Shown: in pieces, positions 1 to 12,777 of the stretch | Layout of the letters: each line of letters starts with the position of its first letter | How positions within the stretch are numbered: position 1 is the first letter of the stretch | Source of the DNA: Gracilinanus agilis | Taxonomy: Eukaryota | Reading direction: 5' to 3' | DNA length: 64,000 nucleotides | Assembly (NCBI RefSeq): GCF_016433145.1 | Contig: NC_058133.1 | Span: 163,057,176-163,121,175, forward strand | Program-made: the position numbers and the translations under genes | The notes under the pieces: generated by a model | What the model saw: only the letters and a program-made list of their open reading frames with translations | The model's database searches: none | What the model was told of the DNA's origin: nothing

Positions 1-220
1 GGATAGAACACTGGACCTGGAGTCAGGAGGATCTGAATTCAAAGCTAACTTGAGACATTTGCTAGCTATAGGTCCCTGGGAAATGTCACTTAACTTCTGC
101 CTGCCTCAGTTTCCTCAATAACAAAAGTGGATATTAATAGCATCTACTTTGTAGGTCATTGTGAGGATGAAATGATATAATATTTTAATCACGTGGTGAA
201 CATAGAAGATGCTTAATAAA
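1..220 (+). mobile_element. MIR-family SINE (one of many; others near 880-1110, 3310-3410, 4480-4880, 5370-5790, 19250-19460, 32470-32680, 42000-42240, 46020-46290, 59380-59630)
   Basis: GGATAGAACACTGGACCTGGAGTCAGGAGGATCTGAATTCAAA…CTGCCTCAGTTTCCTC CORE motif. Confidence 0.75.
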
Positions 221-1480
221 TTGTTCTTTTTTCTCTTTTCTCTTTGAAGCTTGCTTCAAAAGCCACCTTATCCAAGAAAATTTCCCTGAGCTCTTCCCCC
301 AACCCTATTACCCCTGACAGGGATGACCCCTATTCTTGAACTTCACATAGCATTTTGTTACATAATTCTTCATATTCCTATAAAACTTAAGGTTGCGAGT
401 CAGTGGTGTTTACACTTTTCTACTCTTCTCTATCATCTAGCACAGTGCCTGGTACGAGTAGGTACTTAACAAAAGCTGATTGATTGATTGATTGATTGAA
501 GCTCTCTAATCCATTTATGTGTGTGGCTTTCTGTTTTCTCTGTTGCCTAGTGTTTTATACTTCTATAAGGCCCTTGACATTAGAGAAGCTATTTTCTCTA
601 AATTTTCAATCTCCCACAAGACCTAGTGTGGGCTCTGCACACAGTGGTGTTTAAGTTTTGTTGAATGTATGAATAAATGAGAACAAGCCTATTTTATTTA
701 CTTTATTTCTGCTTTTCCACAAACACCTGAAACATGCTGATCCCTCAACAGAGTGATAGACTGAGCAACCTTCATTTAAGTTAGAGGAGAGGAGAAGAGG
801 AATCCAGTTTGGTCTCTCGGTTTTAAAAGCAATATTAGAAAAGTTCTTAAAAGTCAGTCAACTACTGAAGAGGAGGGGATCAGCATTTCTACAATGCTTA
901 TAGTATGTCAGGCAATGTGCTAAGCATTTTACAAATATTATCTCATTTGATACTCAAAACAACCCTGCAAAGTATATGTTATGATGTTCATTTTATAGTC
1001 AAGGAACGTGAGGCAGGCAGAAGTTAAGTGACTTTCCCAGGGTCACACAACTACTAAGTATTTGAACCTGGATATGAATCCTGATCCAAGATCCAAGCAT
1101 CTACTGAGCCTCCTAAATGTCATTTATCAAGCTTCAAGATGAGTCTACAATGACCAAAAAGATGGGAAAATTAGTTTTATTAGAAAAGATGAAAAGGAGT
1201 GAGGTGAGGAAGGTGGGGAAGAAGGATTTAGCTCAGGAAGCTTTTCTGTATCCTTCATTTGTGTTAATTCCTTCCCTCTGCTGATGATCTCCAGCTTATC
1301 CTATATGTACTTGGTTTGTATGACCTTTCCCTTATTACACTGTGAGTACTTCTAGAGAAGAGACTAATTTTTGTCTTTGTATTCTCAATGTATAGCACAG
1401 TACCTGGGCACATGGTAGACATAATAAATATTTATTGATGGATTGATTCAGAGAAAAGAAGACTGAGGCAAGAGACTGGA

Positions 1481-1692
1481 TGTGGTTCTTGTTCAATCAT
1501 TTCCAACTCTTTATGACCCATTTGGGGTTTTCTTGGCAAAGATACTGGAGTGATTTTCACTTTACAGATGAGGAAACTGAGGCAAACATGGTCTTGCCTA
1601 GGGTCAGACAGTTAGTAAGGATCTGAGATCAGATTTGAACTCAAGAAGATGAGTCTTTTCATTTCAGGTCCAGCTCTCTATCCACTGAGCCC
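1481..1692 (-). mobile_element. MAR1/WALLSI-type CORE-SINE with RTE-derived tail
   Basis: TTGGGGTTTTCTTGGCAAAGATACTGGAGTG (RTE tail) joined to TTTACAGATGAGGAAACTGAGGC (CORE). Confidence 0.85.
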
Positions 1693-4600
1693 CAAGAGAC
1701 TGGGTGAGCCCACACAAATACCTGTCTGCATAGCTGAGACTTGCACAACAAACATCAAGTTTCTATTTCCCCTGATGCCAAGGAAACCTTGGCATTGTGT
1801 TGCCACATTAAATATCAAAAGAAAGTAGCTTCCTCCCAACTTCCTACAAAAAGAGCTCGGTTTCCTTAGAAAATCAACAAAGCCTGTAACCAGGCAGCAG
1901 CACTGAATTTTTTTAAGCATGGGTAAGAGCGGGGAGGGCATGATGCTCCTTTAGACTTACCAGGGCCCTTGGTGGTACTCTTGCCGGTTTCTCCTCCCTC
2001 CTCTGTTTCCTCCTCTGAGCCTCCCTGTCTCCTTAACCTCTCTCCATCCTCCCCCAACCTTCTAGCACATACCGTACACACTGAAAATTCTAGTGTCAGG
2101 GCTCAGTGAGTGGGTGAGAAGGAAGGAAGAAAAGTAAAATCAAACCGTGACAACCCCAAAGGCTGCAGAAATCACATTTTAACTTGAAAATTGCCTGGGA
2201 ATAAATCGTATGTCAGTATAGGCCAATGCAAATGATATGCAAATAAAATGCAAATGTGAATGGCCCTTCTAACTATTTTCTACATCTGGCCCTGGCCCTT
2301 GGAGAAGAGCCTTAGGGAGAGTCTGCTTTAAATGATGGATTGAGCTTCATTCTTTGCTCCTTCCAACATCCCTTTTCCCTATTCTGTTCTTTAGTTGACG
2401 TGGGGATTGGTGGTGGGAGAGGAATTGGGGGAAGAGGATAAAAAGCTTTGCTTTCCATAAAAGAACCACTCAATAATTTATTTTATTTTTATTATGATGG
2501 AAAAAAATAATAACTGCAGTGAGTTATTGAATCCTCCCAGGTGAGTACTTTGAAAGGAGCAAGATTGTCTGTGGCCATCTTGCCCTAATTCACTGTCAAA
2601 AGGAAGCTTCACAAAATCATGGCATCATATAGCAAGCTATCATCTTTCCCTATGAGCAGTGGAGCGCCATGTGCACTTGACTTGCTTTAGCCATTGGTCC
2701 TGGCATCATTTTCTCCTGATTTGCCACCTCAGCTCATCCTTGCCAAGAAGTGCTCATCTCTTTGACCCATCTCATCCTTTTGGCATCTTCTCTGACTTTT
2801 CCCTAGGCTTTGGTACCCCCATGGAACATCTTACCAATTCCCTGGGTAGAGTGCTCCTCTTCCAATATCCCATTGTGATTATATCTTGAAGTTTCAGTGT
2901 CCCGGTTACCTCCTCCTGTTTTTGGTTTAGTTGACTTGTTCCACTGAGAATATCCTTCATCTTCCACTGTCTAGTGGAAAAATGTTACTTTTTAGAATTT
3001 TCTCTTTCTCATTTTTTCCTTTCTCTCCTACATCCATCCTCTCCTCATCCATCTCCACAATACTCTGAGCAGAAGAATAATATAACAAAAATAATAAAGA
3101 TGTCCTTTGGAAACAATTCTACTGACCTGCCATCAGTAGAGTATAAACTGTTTTGTTAGTAAAAGAGATGAATTTGTCCCAATCTATACTCTTTTTTTTC
3201 TTATCTCTCCCTAATCAAGGACATATATATGAGACCAGGGCTGATTCAAGCAAAATTGTGAAGCAGAAAAAATAGGAGTTTGAGATCATAAATTCGTATT
3301 ATGTTAGCAATAGAAGTCTCAATTAGTTCAACTGTAGCCCACATTTCATAGATGAGGAAACTGAGCTCATAATGGGGAAATGACTTATTCAAGGTGATTG
3401 AGATTAAAACCTAGCCAAGTGCTATAAATGTCATCATTTTGCTTTTCCTCTCTGTGTCCTCTCAGTGACTCCATCTTTCTCTGAGCTCTTTTATTACAAG
3501 AAATCATATAATAGATTTTCTCATGTTAAGATATAGTAGAAGTTGCTTAACTACTCTGAACCTCAGTTTCTCCATCTAAGAAATGGGCATACTTAACACT
3601 ACTTACCTCCTCTACTCTGTTTTAAAAAAGTGTGACATTCTTATTATCTGTGACTGAAAATGTTACCTCTCTCAGGAAAAAACTGATTTCCTCCCACCTC
3701 GCTAAGGATTGCAGGGAAAGAAAATGCTTAACCCAAAGGAAGGATCTCTGAGGGTAAAATTCTAAAAATTAGCGGACCTCAAATGAGAGATTACATAAAT
3801 ATATGGATATATTTTTGAGTAGGAGAAGCAGCCTTCCCAAATCCCCTGGAATCACATAATATCTGTAATTTCTCAGTCTACCACACCAGCCCTGTTTGTA
3901 AGGCAGATGGTCTGGGGTTAGGAACGTGGTCTCTGACTAGAGAACAAAACTCTGCTCATTCCCCACCACCACCTTGAGCTCCAAGTCCTTGGAGTCATTA
4001 ACTAGTATCAAGAGTAGGGATCCAAGATGCTTGAGTGGTGTCTATCCAGCTCCCCTAAGGGAGCCCAGGACCACAAAGCCCCCCTTCTCCTCCATCACCT
4101 CTGTTGAAAGCTTTCTCTTTCTCCTCTCCCTCCTCCCTCCTTCCCCTGCCCCCACTCCTTTCTTCTTTCCTTCTCCTGCCTCATTGGCAGTCTCCCACCA
4201 TCCATCTTTTCCAGGTAAGCTCTTTCACCCCAGGAAGCAGCAGCTTCTCTCAGCTCCTGTTGGCTGCATCATCTAGTCAGCACAGGAGGGTGGGGATGGA
4301 GGAGGTGGTGCTCTTGATTACTCAGTTCTATATTTTTGGTGGGTATATATGAGGGAGTGAGTTCTGCATTGAAGAAATCTAATAGACAAAAGGACCCATA
4401 ATAGTCTCTCTTCATTTTTCCTAAAAAACAGGGATATGTTTTTGCATCAAAACTGACTGCCTGCAGCTTAAGAAAGACAAGCTGACAGAGGAAAAACCAC
4501 TGGAAGGAAAGTCAGGAGACCTGACAGCAAGTCCCAGCTCTATTACTAATTAGCTTTGTGATATTGGTTAACTCATTTACCTCCTCAGAGCCTTGATTTC

Positions 4601-5887
4601 CTCCACTAAAATTGTGGAGGTTAGAGCAGGTAATCCTTGGAGTCTAATCCTCCGCTCCTAACATAGTTTCAGAATTAGGCAGTGTACTCAGAAGGTCTGT
4701 CCCTTTATAGCAATGTGGTATAGTGGACTGCAAGTCGGAAAATTTGGTATTTCTTAGCTGGATGATTATGGACAAGTTGCTAAAACTCTCTCTGATTCTC
4801 AATTTTCTCATCCGTAAGATGGGGGCAATAATTCTTCCATGGATGACCTCACAGGGCTGTTGTGAGTAAGATGCTTTGTAAACATCAGGGCCCTGTTTTA
4901 TTTATGATTCTGTGGTTTTAAAACTGAGCTTCCCAGAGATACACTAGGCCAGGGAACTGGCAGGGTCAGAGGAGTTGGGAGAGATCCAGGAACCCAACTC
5001 CACTCTGAATATTGTCTGGGATTCAAGAAGCCTCAAGGGCTATGTGCAAATGGCTAAGTCACTTGGAAACTCCGCCTCATCTCTAGGGATCAGAGAATGA
5101 GAGTGGGTGGGAAGTTGCAGTAATAGCAAGTCTCCTAGCACCTTGTTTGGCTATTTTCTGAGAGGCTGTCATTTGCATCCTCACACAGAGTCTGGGTAGC
5201 ATCTCCCTGAGCTGAACCTCGAAGCCTAGCTCCTTCTGTTGCCTTGGTGATAATTCAAGTCTGGCATCATTGGTAGCCTAATGGACTTCAGGCAAACCTG
5301 AACTTTTGGATCTTTCCCAAGGAATAAGAGAAAAAAAAAACCAAGTCTTTGGATAATTAGACAGTGCACTGTAGTAGGAAGACCACTGGGCTTGGAAGCC
5401 AAAGTTCCAAGTTCAGGACCTGGCTCCATCAATTACTAAATCTGGAAAAATCATTAAGAAGCCTCAGTTTTCTCATATATAAAATGGCATTTCCTCCCTC
5501 AGTGGGTTGTTCTGAGGATTAAATGACATAATAGATGGAGATCTGATGCTTTGAGCCCCACAAAAGAATGCAAACATATATAATAATAACATCCATAAAA
5601 AATATAATGCAAACATAAGGGATCTAATTAATAGTGGCAGGTGTGGTTTTGTGGAAAGAGTTTGAATTTTGACTGCTATTTGTTAGCTGTATGATCTTGG
5701 GCAAGTCACTTAACTCCACTGAAGTCTCAGTTTCTTTATCTGTAAAATGAGAATGTTGGAGGACTTCCAAGTCTATGATCTTGGTCATTTTTAACCTGCC
5801 ACCATGGGGATATCCTAGTCCTATGAAATACAAACTCTTCTGTACTCAATTCATTCAAACTATCCAAACTAGATGGATACTCTAAAT

Positions 5888-6051
5888 CAGGGGTCGGCAA
5901 CCTTTTTGGCCGTGAGAGCCATAAATGCCACATTTTTAAAAATGTAATTTCGTGAGAGCGTACAGTGCTCACAGTGTGCGCTCCTGTAACAGCGCCTGAA
6001 AAAAATTGACTTTATGGCTCCTGCAGAAAGCCATACGTTGCTGACCCCCTG
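5888..6051 (+). mobile_element. hAT/Charlie-type non-autonomous DNA transposon (MITE), internally deleted copy
   Basis: Terminal inverted repeats CAGGGGTCGGCAAC / GTTGCTGACCCCCTG, near-matching 8-bp target duplication CTCTAAAT / CTCTAATG, about 90% identical to the 31331 copy. Confidence 0.88.
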
Positions 6052-7569
6052 CTCTAATGGTCTCTGAGTGAAGCCTTCTCTCTTAAGGACTTTTTTTTTG
6101 GGGGGGGGGGCTTAGAACCACTACCACTGGGCTTCCCTACTTCATATTCTTTTTCTTTTTTTGTCTAGACCTCATTCTGCTACTGATTAGCTATATATGA
6201 TCTTAGTGGAATCGTCTGACTACTTCTGGACCTCACCTTCCCCTTCTGTCAAAAGAGGCAGCCAGACTGGACATCTTTCCAATTTCTTGCCTCCTCTGAC
6301 AATCAGTGTCTAAAAAGTTCCTTCCCTCTACATCAGACATCTTAAGCCATCTGTGTGGCTCCCTTCCTAGCTCTAAAATTCTATGATTTCAGGAAGTAGG
6401 CTGACTTGATTGTCACCAGGTTTTCTCCTTCCCTCCTGGGTGGCTCCGTATGTCCCTTGAAAAATCTGTTTCTGGAAGGAAAGGCTACACTGACATATTC
6501 TAACCACCAGAGGGACCCCAGGCTTTAGCTATGGCTCTAAAAAATGGCACTGGGTGCTTCAGCAGTCCAGAGGGACTTGTCTAAAGGACTGGAGTCTAAA
6601 GGGTTAATAAACTGAACCCTGATGATTCACAAGATTATCAGCTCTAGGTCCTGACAGGTCTATCTGTTGTCTATCTAAGAGTTTGGTTTGGGACTCAGAG
6701 TCACAGAATTCCAGAAACTTATAGGTCATTTACTCAAATATTCCTTTAAATTCAAGGGTCTCTTCTACAGTTTCATTCAGAGGCTGGCAGTTATCTAGTC
6801 TTTCCTTGAACATTTCCAATGACTGGGAGCTCACTCCTCCATAAGGCAGGCCATTGCATTATTAGTCATACCTCATTATTTCCAGCAAATGGCATAATGC
6901 CAGAGATGGGTGCCAATAAATGGTTGTTGAATGGAATGCAGTTGAATTTTTCTTAACTCTTCCTTATATTGAACTAAAATCTGCCTTCCTATAACTTTTG
7001 CCTCTTTTCCCTAGAACACTCTTTTCACCCTTCTCCAGCAACTCCTTTTCCCCAAGGCAGCTCAGTAGTGTAGTAGAGCCCTGGACTTGAGGTTGGGAAA
7101 TCCTGAGTTCAAATCTTTCTTTACTCACTAGCTGTCTGACCCCTTGTCACATCTTCTTTCAGCTTTAGTTGGCTCCTTTTTAAAATGAGGATCATAATAG
7201 CACCTGCTTGACCAGGTTGTTGTGGGGATCAAAGGAAATAATATATAAAGGACTTCGTAAACCTTTAAGTTAGTTGTGACTATCATTTGTCATTTGTTGA
7301 GTTTCTACTAAGCACACAGTAACAAAGAATAAGTTTACTCCTTGTAAAATGAGAGGTCTTCTTGGCCGCTGCTGCCTTGTCTCCTCGGAGATATCTCTTC
7401 TCCGGGTACCCCAAATGTTGGAAAGAGAAGTCTCCAGTTCCTCTAACCTGGCACTGCTATTCATTTGTTCAGACTTTGATTAAATGACTACCTCACTCTC
7501 AGTTTAAATCCCCTTATCCGTAAATTGAGGGGATTGACATCTATTTTTTTAAGCTACAACAAACTGTGA

Positions 7570-7810
7570 AAGGTAGAATAGCTCATTTCTCAGGTCCCTC
7601 CTAGCTCTGATCATAAAATCATTTCTTATATAATATGGTTTCCAAGACTGTTGCCATCTTGTCCACTTTCTTCTGGATGTTTTCTGCTTTGTCAATGTCC
7701 TTCTTGATATGACACCTAGAATTAAACCCAATATTCAGAAGTGCTCTGCTAAGAGTATGCAGAATGATCCCTTCACATGCTCTGGATAACAAATTCATAT
7801 TAATGCAATT
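7570..7810 (-). mobile_element. CR1/L3 LINE reverse transcriptase fragment
   Basis: Translation …HIKKDIDKAENIQKKVDKMATVLE resembles CR1 …HFKKDIDKLERVQRRATKMVRGLE. Confidence 0.8.
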
Positions 7811-7822
7811 AAGTGTTGCACA

Positions 7823-8033
7823 GGATGGAGCACTGGACTTGGAATCAGGAGGATTTATCTTCCTGAGTTTAAATCGGTCCTCAGACACTAACTGTGTGAA
7901 TCACTTAATTCTGTTTGTCTCAGTTTCCTCATCTGTAAAATGAGCTGGAGAAGGAAATATCAAACCACTCCAGTATCTTTGCCAAGAAAACCCCACAATG
8001 GGGTCACAAAGATTTAGAAACAACTGACCAAAA
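7823..8033 (+). mobile_element. MAR1-type CORE-SINE
   Basis: CTCAGTTTCCTCATCTGTAAAATGAGCTGGAGAAGGAAAT…CACTCCAGTATCTTTGCCAAGAAAACCCC…GGGGTCACAAAG. Confidence 0.85.
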
Positions 8034-8174
8034 TACTACATTATATCACATGATATTTCTTTCTTTTTTTTTTAAACAGCCTTATTACACTAATGGTTAG
8101 TATATCACTAAAACCCTTCCCTCTTAAAAAATAACAATTAATGCTATTTCATTTCTTTAAGAATTAAGTTTGGG

Positions 8175-8332
8175 ACAGGAGGTCCTAGGTTCAAATCTGA
8201 CCCCAGACACTTCCCAGCTGTGTGGCCCTGGGCAAGTCACTTGACCCCCATTACCTACCCTTACCACTCTTCTGCCTTGGAGCCAATACACAGTATTGAC
8301 TCGAAGACGGAAGGTAAGGGTTTTAAAAAAAG
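8175..8332 (+). mobile_element. Young opossum SINE (SINE1_Mdo-like), 5'-truncated
   Basis: GGAGGTCCTAGGTTCAAATCTGAC…CTCTTCTGCCTTGGAGCCAATACACAGTATTGACTC…GGAAGGTAAGGGTTTTAAAAAAA. Target duplication AAGAATTAAGTTTGGG (8159-8174) / AAGAATTAAATTTGGG (8333-8348). Confidence 0.9.
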
Positions 8333-9559
8333 AAGAATTAAATTTGGGCACTAAGAGTTTAGAAGACTTTCCCAGCATCACACAGCCAGCACTGTCAAAT
8401 CCCAGGAAGGACTTGAAGCTAGATATTCCTGGCTTTGACAGCAGCTTTCATTTCATTCTATCATGCTAATTCTAGGTTTTTCAGGAGATCTCACCCTCTT
8501 CTCTTTCTACTTCTTCCTCCTTGAATTCCTAACTCTTTCTGGAGATCATCTGGGTCAATCACTAAGTACAACTAGTATTTTCTTAAGTTCAAAAATCTGC
8601 TGAACCAAGTGAATTCTAAAGGCAAAAAGAGGTATGGTCCCTTTCCTGTGTCAACTCCCAGGGGCAGAACTACTTGCCATGCCCTCAGGACAGCGCCACA
8701 GAATGGATTATAGAATCATAGATTTGGGATTAAATGGAATTTTTAGAGGCTACCCAGCCCAACCACTTCACTTTTTTAATAGCTAAAGAAACCAAGGCCC
8801 CAGGAGTTTGAGTCACTTGCACAAAATTTACATAGGTATTAAGTGGCAGAGGAGGGATGTGAATCTCACACCTCTGACTCCAGATTCAGCATTCTTGGTA
8901 CTGTACCAATAGAAATGACAACACCTTGGGAAAGATGATCCTCTCTAGCTGAACAAACCTGCTTTCTTTCTCCTAGATTGAGGACTGAGGGAAGGAACAA
9001 AGGGCAGAATTAACGTCCACCGTCACTGGTCATCCACTTTTTGACTTGTTCCATATGCTCCTATCAGAAGTGCCAGAGCACTTCTGGTCATAGAGCCACC
9101 TACCTGGGTATTTTTCAAACAATGCCTTAAGAAGAAGGATAGATTTGAGGAAAGAGATCTGGTTTGGGAGATAAGAGACCAGGATTCTTGTCCTGTCTAT
9201 TGCTTTGCTGTGTGATTGTAATCTAGTCAATGAATATTTCTACATCTTATTCTCCCCATCTCCCCATATATAATTAAGGATTATTAACCCAGTCCTGCTT
9301 GTCTCCTATAGGAGAACATAAGAAAATGGCTGTAAGTTTGGGGGGGGGGGGGCAGAGAAAGAGTGCAATGGACATATGAGAGATTATAACACTTCACTGA
9401 GTTGTTCTCCAAGAAAGTTCACAAACTGGGTCCATGGAAGGAAAGCTCCCTCTCCTCCCTAGAGAGAAGCAGCCAGAGTTTTCAACATTTCATTCCACTG
9501 GTCTGGCTCATGAGCATTTCTAGGAATCTTCCCTAATTAAGATTGCAGCTATGTGTAAG

Positions 9560-10200
9560 CACTGAATCCCTCACCATTTTGTACTGTTGATAGGACAGGA
9601 GCAGGAGGTTGTGTCCTAACTAGAGGCAAGATTCTCAGGATCACAGAATCTCCAAGTAGGAAGGGATCAGTGACTGTATAGTCATCTGTATCCCTGAAAA
9701 ATGAATCAAATTCCCTCAACAATATGCCTGCCAAGAGGTCATCTAACCTTTGCTCAAGCACCTCCAGTGTGGGGTAATCTGTTACCCTCTGAAACATCCC
9801 AGTTCCCCTTTGGATTGTTTTCATTATTAGGATTTCCCAACATTAAGCAGAAATTTGCTTCTTTGCAACTTCTATCAGGTCCTTCTATCTCTGCCCTCTA
9901 GGTCAAACAGTATAAGTTTAATTCCTTTTCCATATTACAGCTCTTTAAATACTTGGAGACAGCTATCACATCTTCTTTGCTCTTTTTCCCAGGCTAAAAG
10001 CTCCCTAGTTCCTGTTACTAGTTATCATATGGTTGGATGCCATTCACCCTTCTGTTTACCCTCCTCTGGATACACTCCAGGTTATCTGTGTTCTTTCTAA
10101 AATACAGTGCCCAAAATGAACACAATCCTCATGGTATCTGAGTAGGAGAACACGCAATAAAGCTATTACCTGCTTATACCTGGAAGCTATGCTTACACTC
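9560..10200 (-). mobile_element. CR1/L3 LINE 3' fragment (similar pieces at about 6700-7060, 10960-11230, 35080-35480, 41590-42540, 46380-46640)
   Basis: Translation PTLEVLEQRLDDLLAGIL resembles the CR1 ORF2 C-terminus SPSLEVFKQRLDDHLSGML. Confidence 0.8.
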
Positions 10201-10567
10201 CTTTAGAATTCTCTACCATGCCCCAGAAAACTCTTCATCTAATATGATCACTTCAGCCCTAGAACTCCCACCTCAAAATACCTTCTGCCCCTGGAGTCCT
10301 TCCACCTGCCTGGAGGTGGAAGAACTCCTCCAAGAACCTTTGATTGAGGAGGGCATCCAGGCTGGCCATCTCTTCATTTCCCATCATGTTGTACTTCGCC
10401 ATGTCATCACCCCTACTTATGTATCATTTTTCCTGTTAAAAATAAGGTCCTTGAAGATAGAAAATGTCTTTCTTTTTTGCTCATGTTAGTATTCTCAGAA
10501 CTTGGCCCTAGAAAGCACTTTAATAAATGTCTGTTGACTGATGCTTCATAAGATTATATTCTCCTTT

Positions 10568-10762
10568 CTTTTTTTTTTTTTTTGAATTCTCACCTTCTTT
10601 CTAAGTATTGATTCTAAGACAGAAGAACAGTAAGGGCTAGGCAACTGAGGTTAAGTGCCTTGCTCATGATCATATAGCTAGGGACTGTCTGAGACCAGAT
10701 ATGAACCCAGGACCTCCTATTTCCAGGTCTGGTTCTCTGTCCAATGAGCCACCTAGCTGTCC
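10568..10762 (-). mobile_element. Didelphid tRNA-derived SINE (older SINE1/2_MD-like)
   Basis: Poly-T tail on plus; the reverse complement starts GGACAGCTAGGTGGCTCATTGG with box A/B remnants. Confidence 0.8.
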
Positions 10763-12756
10763 TTCCCATTAGTTTTCCAACTGTAATAACAATGGGCATT
10801 TGTATAGTACAACACAGTTAGCAAAGTGCTTTTCATACATTATCTCATTTGACAGAACTCTGTAAGGCAGCTACTACAGTTATAAATAACCCCATTTTAC
10901 CAATGAGAAAACAATTCCAGAGAAGCAACCTTCCCTTGGTCACATCGAGTCTTCGTGATGCCAAGTCCATCTCACTTAGTCTCATAGTTTCTGGAGCATT
11001 ATACTGTCCTTGGCTTTCATATTGGACAGTGAAGGCATTTTTGGCTGTCAGTCCTCAGGCATTGCTAGGTAAACTGCTATCTAGCTATATCTCTTCCCAT
11101 TTTCTATTCAGAAACTTAATTTTTCAAGTCCACGTGTAAGATATAACATTCATTAACTTTAGATTTCATCTTATTTCATCTGCTAAGTCCAGAATGGTTG
11201 GACCATCTCACAGCTCTTGTTAAGATCTTTTTTGAATCTTGAATCTGTCATCTAGCATGGTGTCTTGGGCCTCTGGGAAGATGAGAGATTATGAAAAATA
11301 AGATTGGTCCAAGTGAATGGCTGAGGAATGAATGTAGCAGATACCAGTGCTTGGACTCTCAGGTTCTGACAAGAACATTTTCCCTCTGGCTCATGTGCCT
11401 TTCAAAAACTGGGTGTCTACTTGGCCTAATGAAATTCCTTATGAGTTTTTCACCCTTAGCCCATGATGATAATCCAACCTAACCATTCTCTAGGCAACCT
11501 AAAGCCCAGGAAGCTCCCTGGAGGAAAGAGCCTAACCTATGCCAAAATCCAGAACATGTTGAAAGTTTCTCCAGCTTCAAAGTCACTGGAACATAGATCT
11601 GAGGATTTGGAGATCATTTAAGTTCCTCGTTTTACAAATCAGAAAATGGAGAGTATCAAGTTAAATAAATAGAAACACCTTGTCAAAATCTCTCCAATCT
11701 CTCCTGTTTCAAATCCCTGAATTAATGGATATGGGGTCAGAGACTCTATATTTCTATAAAGCTAAGCTCAGAGAGACACCCAGAGGCAATATCCCTTGCC
11801 AGTCTGTCTCCATGTTTCACCTTTTCAGTTGTTGTCTCCTCCTAAATCCCCCTGGCTGTAGTTTCATCCTACTCCCTCTTTTCTTGTCAGTGGATCTGTG
11901 AAATAATCTAGCTTCCCTTTTCTACACAATGCCCTTTCAGAGTCTTGGAACTCTGACCCAAGGAGACTTAACTCTCCTCCTTAACACCCAAGCTTCTCTT
12001 CTCTAGATTCACTTCTCTCCCTCCTTTAACATTTTCTCTTTGTCCATATTTTTAAATGCTTTATCGTGTCAGATTCTCTTTAGTCCCTTATATGCCTTCC
12101 TCAGACCTGAGAGGGTTGTGAGACTAAGGGTAAACCCCAGAGCTCTCTTTGTGCTTTTTAATGCTTTGCTTTTTAGACTGTGAGACAGGACCACCAGGGC
12201 ATTCACCCAGAGAGTCAATCCATTCTCCCATAGTCCTGAGACACTTTCTTCCCTGAATTCAGAAGACCATGGATGACACTAGGGAGAGGTTAAAAATGAT
12301 AAGATGCAGCCCTTGCCCTTGGGGATTTCCTGTTCTGATGGGGGAGCCAAGACAGAATCCCAAACAAGTATAAACTCCTTATGCTAGCATAGAGGATCCC
12401 AGTATTACATAACAATAAATTTGAGTGGAGTTAGTAGGGGAGAGTTTCCTGGAAGAGGGTTTGAAGAAATCCAGGGATCTGTAAATAAAAGAAAGAGGGA
12501 AAGTTGTAGAGTCAGGAACCCCTGGGGGCATTGTGAGTTGTAATAAACTGAAAATCAAGAGTTGAGTAGCATGACTTGTTTCCGACTTCCTCTCTTGTTT
12601 GTACAACTCAGCTTAAAAACCGACCCTATATTTCCAGCCTGGACATAAAGACGCCAGATATGAGCAACTCTGGATATCAGCTGAAGAAGCTTTGCTAATC
12701 AAATTTCCCCAGGCTCTTGACTCCTTGACTTTTCCCCCACCAGCTTGCCAAGTATT

Positions 12757-12777
12757 TATATATATATATATATATAT
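12757..12777. repeat. (TA)n microsatellite
   Basis: Seen directly. Confidence 0.95.
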
